DNA of 64,000 nt, taken from NCBI GenBank assembly GCA_963743275.1, contig CAVUPB010000011.1, forward strand, positions 72,153-136,152. Reading direction: 5' to 3'. A program made the position numbers and the translations under genes. Below, in pieces: positions 36,174 through 43,923 of the stretch. The stretch is from an uncultured Actinomycetes bacterium. GTDB taxonomy: Bacteria; Actinomycetota; Thermoleophilia; Gaiellales; JALYLC01. The first letter of the stretch is position 1, and each line of letters begins with the position of its first letter. The notes under the pieces are model-generated. The model had not been told where the DNA came from, searched no databases, and was given only the letters and a program-made list of their open reading frames with translations.

Positions 36174-36974
36174 CTATCCCGCCGCCAGCGTGGTGAGCAC
36201 GCGGTCGATCGTCTGCGACAGATCGCCCTCGAGGTGCCCGGCGAGGAACGGCAGCGAGGCCGCGACGACCGCGAACGACACGATCACCTTGACCGGCAGG
36301 CCGATGACGAACACGTTCATCTGCGGCACGGCGCGGGCGACGAGACCGAACGCCGCGTCGACGACGACGACGGCGAGGATGACCGGGCCCACGAGCTCGA
36401 TCCCGATCAGGGGGATCTCGGTGAGCGACGCGACCGCCAGCCGGCCGAGCGCCGCCGGCGACGGGAAGGTGCCGAGCGGGACGAGGTCGTAGCTGCGCGC
36501 GAGCCCCATGATCATCATGCGCACGCCGCCGCTGAGCACGAACACCATGAGTGCGAAGAGCGTGTACACCTGGCCGAGCACGGAGGCCGGGACGCCGGTG
36601 ATCGGGTTGACCAGGGAGCCGAACGAGAAGCCGACGAGCGTGTCGACGAGCGAGGCGCCGGCCGACACGCCTGCGACCAGCACGCTGAGCGCGAGCGCGA
36701 ACGCGACGCCCACGCCGGTCTCCTGCACGAGCATGAGGGCGAGTCCGATCGGGTCCTGCGGCATGGTGTGCCCGTGCGAGGCGATCGGGGCGAGCGCGAG
36801 CGTCATCGCGGCCGCAGCGGCGAATTTCGCCCGCGCGGGCAGCAGGTTGGTCGAGAGCACGGGCGCGAGCAGGAAGAACGGCCCGATACGCCCGAGCACG
36901 AGCACGAACGCGACGAGATTCGCGCTCGCGATCTCGGGAAGCTGCACACCCCCCGGGAGCGCGAGGTCCTGCAT
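36174..36974 (-). CDS. fliR: Flagellar export protein FliR
   Basis: 266-aa polytopic membrane protein between fliQ and flhB. FVLVLGRIGPFFLLAPVLS. Confidence 0.85.
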   Translation of the reverse strand: MQDLALPGGVQLPEIASANLVAFVLVLGRIGPFFLLAPVLSTNLLPARAKFAAAAAMTLALAPIASHGHTMPQDPIGLALMLVQETGVGVAFALALSVLVAGVSAGASLVDTLVGFSFGSLVNPITGVPASVLGQVYTLFALMVFVLSGGVRMMIMGLARSYDLVPLGTFPSPAALGRLAVASLTEIPLIGIELVGPVILAVVVVDAAFGLVARAVPQMNVFVIGLPVKVIVSFAVVAASLPFLAGHLEGDLSQTIDRVLTTLAAG

Positions 36975-37246
36975 CAGTTCCCGACGAGCGTGGGAATGCT
37001 CATGTACAGCGCGTTCGTGTAGCCGACGAGCTGCGAGAGCATCCAGGGGCCGCCGATCGCGATCACGGCGCCGGTGGCGATGATCTTCGGGATGAAGGAG
37101 AGCGTCGGCTCCTGAATCTGGGTCGCCGCCTGGATGATCGAGATGACCAGCCCGACCGCGAGGCCGGCGAGCAGGAACGGCGCCGAGACCTCGAGCGTGA
37201 TGATCATCGCCCGCGTGGACAGATGGGAGACGGTGTCTTGGTTCAC
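36974..37246 (-). CDS. fliQ: Flagellar export protein FliQ
   Basis: GTG start giving 90 aa. TLEVSAPFLLAGLAVGLVISIIQAATQIQEPTLSFIPKI. Confidence 0.85.
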   Translation of the reverse strand: MNQDTVSHLSTRAMIITLEVSAPFLLAGLAVGLVISIIQAATQIQEPTLSFIPKIIATGAVIAIGGPWMLSQLVGYTNALYMSIPTLVGN

Positions 37247-37260
37247 GTGCGGCCTCCGCG

Positions 37261-37914
37261 TCAGTGGAATGACGAAACGAGCGATTGCATGATCAAAGAC
37301 CACCCGTCGACCAGCACGAACAGGAGGATCTTGAACGGCAGCGAGATCAGGACGGGGGGCAGCATCATCATCCCCATCGACATCAGCGTCGCCGAGACGA
37401 TCATGTCGATGATCAGGAACGGCAGGTAGATCAGGAACCCGATCTGGAAGGCGGTCGTCAGCTCGGAGACGACGAAGGCCGGCACCAGCACGTGCGTCGG
37501 CACGTCGGCGCGCGTGCGCGGCCGCTTCTGGTGGCTGAGCCGCAGGAAGAGCGCCAGGTCGGAGTCGCGCGTCTGCTTGAACATGAACGTCCGCACCGGC
37601 TCGAGCCCGCGGACGATCGCGGCGTGCCCGTCGATCTTGTGCGCCCGGTACGGCTCGACGGCGGCCTTGTCCACCTTGTGCAGCGTCGGCGCCATCACGA
37701 AGAGCGAGAGGAAGACGGCGATCCCGACGAGCACCTGATTCGGGGGGATCGACTGCGTGCCGAGCGCGTTGCGGGTGAAGCCGAGCACGATCAGGATCCG
37801 CGTGAAGCTCGTCATCACGAGCAGCAGGCCCGGCAGCAGGGCCAGCAGCCCGAGCAGGAGCATGGTCTGGATGGAGCTCGACATTCCGGTTGCCTGGGCG
37901 GCGGCGACAGTCAA
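37261..37914 (-). CDS. fliP: Flagellar export protein FliP
   Basis: MTSFTRILIVLGFTRNALGTQSIPPNQVL...GFLIYLPFLIIDMIVSATLMSMGMMMLPP. Confidence 0.95.
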   Translation of the reverse strand: MTVAAAQATGMSSSIQTMLLLGLLALLPGLLLVMTSFTRILIVLGFTRNALGTQSIPPNQVLVGIAVFLSLFVMAPTLHKVDKAAVEPYRAHKIDGHAAIVRGLEPVRTFMFKQTRDSDLALFLRLSHQKRPRTRADVPTHVLVPAFVVSELTTAFQIGFLIYLPFLIIDMIVSATLMSMGMMMLPPVLISLPFKILLFVLVDGWSLIMQSLVSSFH

Positions 37915-38528
37915 CGGGCCGTCATCCTCCTGAGCGACTCGAGCAGCGCCGCGCGGAAGCTCGGCCGGTCGCTCTCGACGATCGGGCTGCCGAGGACGGG
38001 CAGGTCGCGCGGCTCGATCCGCAGGTCGCGCGCCTCGTCGGCGCTGTAGACGCGGATGGGCGTCACGCCCTGCTCGGCCGAGCCCACGAGCACGATCTCC
38101 TCGCCCACCCGCACGAGGTGGATCGAGCGCGACGGCGCGAGCGGTGTCGACGCGACGACCGACATCCAGTCGTCGCCCTGGATTGTCCCGCTGCTCTTCT
38201 GCTGCTTGCCCGCGCTCCGCTTCAGCAGCCGGTAGAGGACGTAGATCAGCGCCAGCACGAGCGCGAGGCCGAACAGCATGTGGACCGCCGCGCCGCTCGT
38301 GGCCGAGCCCTGCAGGGCGCTCTGCGCGCTGCCGCTGCCGCTGCCGGTCACCTTCGCGGACAGGGGCGTACGGTCGCGGTGGAAGCCGGACTCGGCGGCG
38401 CTCGCCGGCACGAAGGCGAGCAACGACAGCAGGAGCGCAGCCACGGTGCCGGCGCGCCTGCGGAGGGGATCCGAGAGCACGGGGGGCGTACTCGGCTGGC
38501 AGCCGGACCGCTTGAGCGCGGTAGGCAT
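37911..38528 (-). CDS. fliO: FliO/FliZ-type flagellar protein
   Basis: Single TM MLFGLALVLALIYVLYRLLKR plus IHLVRVGEEIVLVGSAEQGVTPI. Its stop overlaps the fliP start. The start is 38528 or 38561. Confidence 0.7.
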   Translation of the reverse strand: MPTALKRSGCQPSTPPVLSDPLRRRAGTVAALLLSLLAFVPASAAESGFHRDRTPLSAKVTGSGSGSAQSALQGSATSGAAVHMLFGLALVLALIYVLYRLLKRSAGKQQKSSGTIQGDDWMSVVASTPLAPSRSIHLVRVGEEIVLVGSAEQGVTPIRVYSADEARDLRIEPRDLPVLGSPIVESDRPSFRAALLESLRRMTAR

Positions 38529-38662
38529 CGAGCTACCAAACGGTGAGTCAGTTCCCAGCAAAACGGTATGGGATATCGCTGCGAAGCGGGTATCTGCCGC
38601 GCCGGACGCCGAATCGATAAGTGGGTTGTCCCCCTGGCACCCTCCGCGTGAAGGCGGTTCGT

Positions 38663-39466
38663 ATGAAGGACAGCACCGGTTTCCAGCGGCTCACGCCCGA
38701 GCAGGCCGAGGCCCTCTGGCGCGCCTGGAGTGTGCGGAAGGATTCTTCCGCTCGCGACCGGCTGGTGCTTGCGTACGCGCCGATGATTCGCTACATCGCA
38801 TCGCGCAAGGTGCGGGAACTCCCGTCTCAGACGGACCTCGACGATTTCCTGTCTTGCGGGATGATCGCGTTGATCGAGGCGGTCGATCGCTTCGATCCCG
38901 AGAAGGGTGCCTCCTTCGAGCAGTTCGCCTGGACGCGTGTCGCCGGCGCGATGGTCGACGAGCTCCGCCGCCAGGATTGGGCCTCGCGCTCGGCGCGCCG
39001 GATGAGCCAGAAGCTCGAGCATGCGACCGACGAGTGGTATGCCCGCGAGGGTGCGATGCCGAGCCCCGAAGAGCTCGCGGCCGTGATGGAGCTGACCGTC
39101 CCGGAGGTCTGGGCGATCAAGGAGAACATCGAGCGCGCCGACGTGATCTCGCTGAACGCTCCGACGCGCTCCGGCGACTATTCGATCTCGCTCGAGGTCG
39201 GCGACACGATCGAGGCGCGCGACGGTCGTCTCGATCCGGAGCGGGCGGCGCTCGCCGCCGAGCGGCTGGCCCTCATCCGGAATGCGATCGCCGGCCTGCC
39301 GGAGCGCGAACAGCGCGTGCTGTCGCTCGTGCACACGCACGAGATGCAGGGCGCAGAGATCGGCCGGCTCCTCGGCGTCAGCGAGTCGCGCGTCTCGCAG
39401 ATCCTGGCCGAGGTGCGGAACAACCTGCGCCGGCAGATCTCGAACTACGACGCCGCCGCCGCGTAG
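38663..39466 (+). CDS. fliA: FliA/WhiG-family sigma-28 factor
   Basis: Region 2 LVLAYAPMIRYIASR...CGMIALIEAVDRFDPEKGASFEQFAWTRVAGAMVDELR and region 4 REQRVLSLVHTHEMQGAEIGRLLGVSESRVSQI. ATG 38663 has GAAGG upstream. Confidence 0.9.
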   Translation: MKDSTGFQRLTPEQAEALWRAWSVRKDSSARDRLVLAYAPMIRYIASRKVRELPSQTDLDDFLSCGMIALIEAVDRFDPEKGASFEQFAWTRVAGAMVDELRRQDWASRSARRMSQKLEHATDEWYAREGAMPSPEELAAVMELTVPEVWAIKENIERADVISLNAPTRSGDYSISLEVGDTIEARDGRLDPERAALAAERLALIRNAIAGLPEREQRVLSLVHTHEMQGAEIGRLLGVSESRVSQILAEVRNNLRRQISNYDAAAA

Positions 39467-39595
39467 TCGCGCTCCGCGCTTCGACCGGCCCGTTCCCGTG
39501 AGCCCTGCGCGGGGCGGGTCGTCGTCGTCCGGCGGCCCGCCGGGATCGCAACGCGCGTTCGCGCCAGTCGCCGAGAACGCGGGAGATCCCGCTCT

Positions 39596-39717
39596 GCACG
39601 GTTGGGGTCAGACCCCAACCGTGCGGTCCGGCGTGCAAGGTCGGGGTCTGCAAGGTTGGGGTCAGACCCCGATCTTGCGGTCCGCTATGCACGGTTGGGG
39701 TCAGACCCCGGTCGTGC
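39596..39717. repeat. Palindromic repeat cluster 2 (three 29-nt units plus an orphan left arm)
   Basis: GCACGGTTGGGGTCAGACCCCAACCGTGC (39596-39624, perfect), orphan arm GCAAGGTCGGGGTC (39635-39648), and units at 39650-39678 and 39689-39717. Each unit is followed by GGTCCG. Confidence 0.9.
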
Positions 39718-39784
39718 GGTCCGCCGCTCGCCGTTCGGCGCCGGCCGGCGTTCGACCGCGGGCCGCGCGTGCCCCGGCCCGGGA

Positions 39785-39820
39785 CCAAACGACCGAGGGC
39801 CGCCTCTCGGCGGCCCTCGG
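39785..39820 (-). terminator. Terminator after fliC copy 2
   Basis: CCGAGGGCCGCC-GAGA-GGCGGCCCTCGG (12-bp stem) followed on the minus strand by TCGTTTGG. Confidence 0.6.
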
Positions 39821-39884
39821 CCTGTCCCCTATATGTACCTGCTGTCTCTCTGTGTGGTGCGGGTGCTTCGTCGAACGGCGTCGC

Positions 39885-40700
39885 TTAGCCGAGCAGCTTG
39901 AGCACGGACTGCGGAGCGCTGTTCGCCTGCGCCAGCATCGAGGTGCCGGCCGACTGCAGGATCTGCAGCTTCGTGAAGTTCACCATCTCGGCCGCCATGT
40001 CGACGTCCTTGATCTGGCTCACGGAGGCGCTCAGGTTCTCCGAGTAGTTGGCCAGGTTGGCGAGCGTGTGCTCGAGGCGGTTCTGCACGGCGCCGAAGGT
40101 CGAGCGCGCGGTCGAGATGTTGTTGATCGCGGCGTCGATCGAGGCCAGCGTCACCGTGGCGCCGAACGAGAAGAGCGCCGAGTTGACGTCGTAGGTGGCG
40201 TTGGCGCCGAACAGGTCGCGCGCCGAGACGCTGATCGTCTCGCCGTCGTTGGCACCGATCTGGAAGCTGATCGCGCCGGCGCCGGTGAGCAGCGAGATGC
40301 CGTTGAACTTCGTCTGCGAGGAGATCCGTGCGATCTCGTTGCAGAGCTGCCCGACCTCGTTCGTGATCGCGGCCTTGTCGGACGTCGACAGCGTGCCGTT
40401 GTTGTACTGCACGGCGAGGTCGCGAACGCGCTGCAGCATCGACTGCACCTCGCTCATCGAGCCCTCTGCCGTCTGCACGAGCGAGACGGCGTCCTGCGCG
40501 TTGCGCTGCGCCTGGTTGAGGCCGCCGACCTGCGACGAGAGCTTCTCGCTGATCGCGAGACCGGCGGCGTCGTCCGCCGCCTTGTTGATGCGGTAGCCCG
40601 AGCTCAGCCGAGACATCGACTGAGAGATCTTGCCCGACGTGGCGAGCAAGTTGCGATGCGCATCCATCGCATTGATGTTGGTCTGGACGCTGAGGGACAT
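39885..40700 (-). CDS. fliC: Flagellin (271 aa), copy 2, inverted relative to copy 1
   Basis: MSLSVQTNINAMDAHRNLL... By manual alignment it differs from copy 1 at about 22 of 271 residues. The 3' ~160 nt are identical at the DNA level. SD AAGGAGGAA. Confidence 0.95.
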   Translation of the reverse strand: MSLSVQTNINAMDAHRNLLATSGKISQSMSRLSSGYRINKAADDAAGLAISEKLSSQVGGLNQAQRNAQDAVSLVQTAEGSMSEVQSMLQRVRDLAVQYNNGTLSTSDKAAITNEVGQLCNEIARISSQTKFNGISLLTGAGAISFQIGANDGETISVSARDLFGANATYDVNSALFSFGATVTLASIDAAINNISTARSTFGAVQNRLEHTLANLANYSENLSASVSQIKDVDMAAEMVNFTKLQILQSAGTSMLAQANSAPQSVLKLLG

Positions 40701-40765
40701 GCTCTTCCTCCTTGAAGGGCGGTGTTCCCGTTCGGCCCACTCCCTGTGGGCCGGCCCTGGCGCCT

Positions 40766-40779
40766 CGCTATCCGTAGCG
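40766..40779 (-). promoter_or_regulatory. Candidate CsrA-binding hairpin in the fliC copy 2 leader
   Basis: CGCTA-CGGA-TAGCG presents GGA in the loop. A second GGA site lies in the SD AAGGAGGAA (about 40705-40715). Confidence 0.45.
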
Positions 40780-40797
40780 GGTACCTTGGCCGTCTTG

Positions 40798-40824
40798 TAT
40801 TCGGCAGGCAGCGCGCGGACTTTA
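40798..40824 (-). promoter_or_regulatory. Canonical sigma-28 promoter of fliC copy 2
   Basis: Minus strand TAAA-N15-GCCGAATA, followed by a 97-nt leader to the ATG. Confidence 0.75.
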
Positions 40825-41015
40825 GGAACTCCGATCAGATCTTTCTCGCGCGCTGCCACAGCGGCCACAGCGGCGCGCGGCGCGGGTCTCCGGGGGTCGG
40901 CTCGTTACGTTCTGCGCTGCTTCTGTCAATTGATCTTTGGGGACGGCGAACGCCGGCCATCCCAGCGTCGCGTCCGCTCGCACGATCGCCCGCCTACGAC
41001 CGAGGGAGGAATGCA

Positions 41016-41174
41016 ATGAGTCCGGCCGTGCGCCGCGAGGCTCCCGGAAGCCTCGCACTCGTATGCGGGTCGAGTGAGCGCCACCGCTCGCCCGAGCCGC
41101 CTGTTGGCAGGTGGGACGATCACGCGAAGCCGGGAGTCCGCACTGGCTCGCCCGCGCGCCAGGCCCGGCCGTGA
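41016..41174 (+). CDS. Possible 52-aa upstream ORF coupled to the first response regulator
   Basis: ATG preceded by GGAGGA at 5-nt spacing. Its stop overlaps GTG 41171 (GTGA). The composition is indistinguishable from noncoding GC-rich translation. Confidence 0.25.
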   Translation: MSPAVRREAPGSLALVCGSSERHRSPEPPVGRWDDHAKPGVRTGSPARQARP

Positions 41175-41794
41175 GCCAGGCCATCACGTGTCTCGTCGCC
41201 GACGACCACCCCGCAGTCCTCGCCGCCGTGTGCCGTGCGCTCGAGCAGGAGGGGGACATCGAGGTCGTCAGCCGCGTCGCCGACGGCGAGCAGGCGCTCG
41301 CGCACATCAAGGCGCGGCGGCCGACGGTCGCGCTGCTCGATGTCCGCATGCCCGGCCTCTCCGGGATCGAGGTCGCCCGCCGTCTCGAGGAGAATCACCG
41401 CACCGGAGTGATCCTCTACACCGCGTACGGCGATCCGGCGCTCGTCGTCGAGGCCCTCGACGCGGGCGTCCGCGGCTTCGTCCTCAAACAGGCCCCCGTC
41501 GAGGACCTGCTGCGCGCGATCAGGCTGGTCGCGCTGGGATCGACCTACATCGACGCCGCCGTCGCGGGCGCGCTGGCGATGTCGGAGACGGCCGGGCTCC
41601 CGGTGCTCACGAAGCGCGAGCGCGATGTCCTGCGCCTGCTCGCCGAGGGCCTGCGCAACGAGGAGATCGGCGACCGGCTGTTCATCTCTCCGTTCACGGT
41701 GCGGAACCACGTCGAGACGGTCATGGCGAAGCTCGAGGCGAACAGCCGCGCCCACGCCGTGGCGACCGCGCTGCGCCAGGCGCTCATCACGTGA
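41171..41794 (+). CDS. NarL/LuxR-family response regulator (orphan)
   Basis: Receiver domain ITCLVADDHPAVL...VALLDVRMPGLSGIEV and HTH LTKRERDVLRLLAEGLRNEEIGDRLFISPFTVRNHV. The start was chosen by homology with its neighbour. The ORF track starts at 41111. Confidence 0.9.
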   Translation: MSQAITCLVADDHPAVLAAVCRALEQEGDIEVVSRVADGEQALAHIKARRPTVALLDVRMPGLSGIEVARRLEENHRTGVILYTAYGDPALVVEALDAGVRGFVLKQAPVEDLLRAIRLVALGSTYIDAAVAGALAMSETAGLPVLTKRERDVLRLLAEGLRNEEIGDRLFISPFTVRNHVETVMAKLEANSRAHAVATALRQALIT

Positions 41795-41896
41795 CATCGG
41801 CACGCATCGGCCCGGGCGGGACTATGCTGCCCGAGGGATGGAAGCAATCGCATCCCGGCCGCCGGCGGTGACCCCCGTCAGGCCGCTTCCCCGACG

Positions 41897-42523
41897 GTGA
41901 CGACCCGTCAGATCACCTGCCTCGTCGCCGACGATCACCCCGTGATCGTGGAGGCGCTCTGTCTCCTCCTGGACGGGTGCGGCATCCCGCTGGCGGGCCG
42001 CGCCCGGCAGGGGCACGAGGCCCTGGCGAAGATCGAGACGGAGCGCCCCGCGCTGGCGATCCTCGATCTGCACATGCCGGGCCTGAGCGGCATCGAGGTC
42101 GCGCGCAACGCCGCTCGCTCCGTCCCCGAGACGGCGATCATCCTCTACACCGCCGAGGCCGAGATCGCGCTCGTCCGCGAGGCGCTCGCCGCCGGAGTGC
42201 GGGGCTTCGTGCTCAAGGGGGCGCCGCTCCCGGACATCACGCGAGCGATCGAGATGGTCGTCGGCGGCAGCGTCTACATCGACCCGGTGCTCGTCGCCGG
42301 TCTCCACCGCGACGAGCCGTCGCCGAAGGCCAAGCTGACCGCGCGCGAGCACGAGGTCCTCTTCCTGATGGCGAACGGCCTCAGCTACGACGACATGAGC
42401 AGGCAGCTGACCATCTCGCCCGAGACCGCTCGCACGCATGTGCGCAAGGCGGTCGAGAAGCTCGGCGCCCGCACGCGCCCGCACGCGCTCGCGATCGCGC
42501 TCCGCGAGTCGCTCATCTCCTGA
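41897..42523 (+). CDS. NarL/LuxR-family response regulator (orphan), a tandem paralog
   Basis: MTTRQITCLVADDHPVIVEAL...LAILDLHMPGLSGIEV and HTH LTAREHEVLFLMANGLSYDDMSRQLTISPETARTHV. Confidence 0.9.
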   Translation: MTTRQITCLVADDHPVIVEALCLLLDGCGIPLAGRARQGHEALAKIETERPALAILDLHMPGLSGIEVARNAARSVPETAIILYTAEAEIALVREALAAGVRGFVLKGAPLPDITRAIEMVVGGSVYIDPVLVAGLHRDEPSPKAKLTAREHEVLFLMANGLSYDDMSRQLTISPETARTHVRKAVEKLGARTRPHALAIALRESLIS

Positions 42524-42547
42524 GCCTGCGCGGACCGGGGCGCGCCT

Positions 42548-42573
42548 GAGAGCGCATTCGGAAATGCGCTCTC
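42548..42573 (+). terminator. Perfect 10-bp hairpin after the second response regulator
   Basis: GAGAGCGCAT-TCGGAA-ATGCGCTCTC. Its 3' end overlaps the next promoter's TCAA. Confidence 0.45.
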
Positions 42574-42598
42574 AAGACTGCGCCGAGACGGGCGACAA
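42572..42598 (+). promoter_or_regulatory. Sigma-28-like promoter spaced for a leaderless mRNA
   Basis: TCAA-N15-GGCGACAA, with 7 nt to GTG 42606. Confidence 0.4.
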
Positions 42599-42605
42599 CC
42601 TTCGC

Positions 42606-43793
42606 GTGTCGAGTCCCTTCCTCGCGCTCGCCTTCCTCGACGAGATCGCCGCCGCACCCGATCTGCTGGCCGAGTACGCGCAGCTCTTCGAAGGTCGCGG
42701 CGACGTGTCGCTCGTCGTGCTCGCGCCGGGCTTCGAGGGCGCCGATCTCGAGCGCGAGCTGCGCCCGCTCGCCGAGGCGATCGGTCTCGACCGCGACGGC
42801 AGCGCGGACGTGGTGGTCGTCACCCAGGCCGGAGCGGAGGACGAGCTCAGCGAGCGCGCGGGCGCCGTCTACACGCGCATCGCCAGGGGCGGGCGGCTCG
42901 ACGGACTGCCGCGGGCGAGCAGCGCCGGCGCGCTCGCCCGTCTCGTCGAGAGCGCTCGGGTGGACGCCGCCGGTGCGCAGGAGGGGAATCCGAGCTACCT
43001 CCTCGTCACCTACGACAGCTGCCGCCTCGACGTCCTGCAGGCGGCCCATACGCCGGTGCTCGACTCGTATGCCCGGATCGTCGCCGCGCAGACACCCGCG
43101 AACTTCACGTATGCGGCGCATCAGGCGTTCTTCGTCGGGATGCTCCCGAACGCGATCGAGCCGCTGCCGTACCACAACCGTTTCGTCAGCCAGTTGCTCG
43201 CGCTCGCAGCCGTCGGCGAGATCCAGGTCGTCGACAAGGCCTGTGCGCATCGCGTGAGCAGCGACGTCAACCTCGTCGCCGGCCTCTCCGCCGCCGGCTA
43301 TCAGACCGTCGGCGCCGGTGCGATGAACTGGTTCAAGCAGAAGGCGCTGACCCAGTGGTTCGAGAACTTCGCCTACACCGGCACCGACGCGCGCGCCCAG
43401 ATCGACTTCCTCCGGCGCGAGATCGACCCGCGCCGTCCGTTCTTCGGCTTCGTCAACTTCGGCGAGACCCATGACCCGTTCGACTTCGAGGGCAAGCCGG
43501 ACCGGTGCCCGATCGAGGTGCAGTCGCGTCTGATCGAGTGGCCGCCGGTGCAGAACGGCGTGCCGGTCGGCCGCGACTCCGAGGCCTGGGCGCACCAGCG
43601 GCGCTCCGCCGAGTTCCTCGACGCGCAGCTGCCGGCGCTGTTCGAAGGGCTCCCGGGCCACACGATCGTGATCCTCTGCGGCGACCATGGCGAGGCCTTC
43701 GGCGAGGACGGCTACTGGGGCCACGGCGTCAACCATCCCACCGTGCTGACCGTGCCGCTCGCGATCTTCCGGCTCGACCGCGCGCCGCTGTAG
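42606..43793 (+). CDS. Alkaline-phosphatase/sulfatase-superfamily enzyme with an N-terminal ~95-aa module shared with the 21770 methyltransferase
   Basis: N-terminal PFLALAFLDEIAAAPDLLAEYAQLFEGRGDVSLVVLAPG...GLDRDGSADVVVVT. Catalytic part YLLVTYDSCRLDVL...TPANFTYAAHQAFFVG...VILCGDHGEAFGEDGYWGHG (sulfatase-like metal and nucleophile motifs). Confidence 0.7.
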   Translation: MSSPFLALAFLDEIAAAPDLLAEYAQLFEGRGDVSLVVLAPGFEGADLERELRPLAEAIGLDRDGSADVVVVTQAGAEDELSERAGAVYTRIARGGRLDGLPRASSAGALARLVESARVDAAGAQEGNPSYLLVTYDSCRLDVLQAAHTPVLDSYARIVAAQTPANFTYAAHQAFFVGMLPNAIEPLPYHNRFVSQLLALAAVGEIQVVDKACAHRVSSDVNLVAGLSAAGYQTVGAGAMNWFKQKALTQWFENFAYTGTDARAQIDFLRREIDPRRPFFGFVNFGETHDPFDFEGKPDRCPIEVQSRLIEWPPVQNGVPVGRDSEAWAHQRRSAEFLDAQLPALFEGLPGHTIVILCGDHGEAFGEDGYWGHGVNHPTVLTVPLAIFRLDRAPL

Positions 43794-43802
43794 CCCCCGC
43801 AC

Positions 43803-43831
43803 GCAAAAACGGGGTCTGACCCCATCTTTGC
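43803..43831. repeat. Palindromic repeat unit (cluster 3)
   Basis: GCAAAAACGGGGTCTGACCCCATCTTTGC, with imperfect arms and the same GGGGTC-W-GACCCC core. Confidence 0.8.
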
Positions 43832-43923
43832 GCGGCCCTAAAGAGCCCCCGGCGGAGGCCGACTACGTGGGCGTCCCCGGGCCGCGTGGCGGCCGCGTCC
43901 GCATTCGAGAGGACATTCCTCCG

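Noticed and set aside
38562-38662. Divergent fliO / fliA control region searched for sigma-28-type or sigma-70-type promoters (contains GCCGAATCGATAAG)
   Set aside because: No -35 element lies at the right spacing on either strand. I could not support a specific promoter call from sequence alone.
39596-39717. Clustered GGGGTCAGACCCC repeats considered as a possible CRISPR array
   Set aside because: The units are self-complementary palindromes. Spacings are short (10-25 nt between units) and irregular, there are at most three units per cluster, and no cas genes are present. The pattern fits REP-like or terminator-like hairpins instead.
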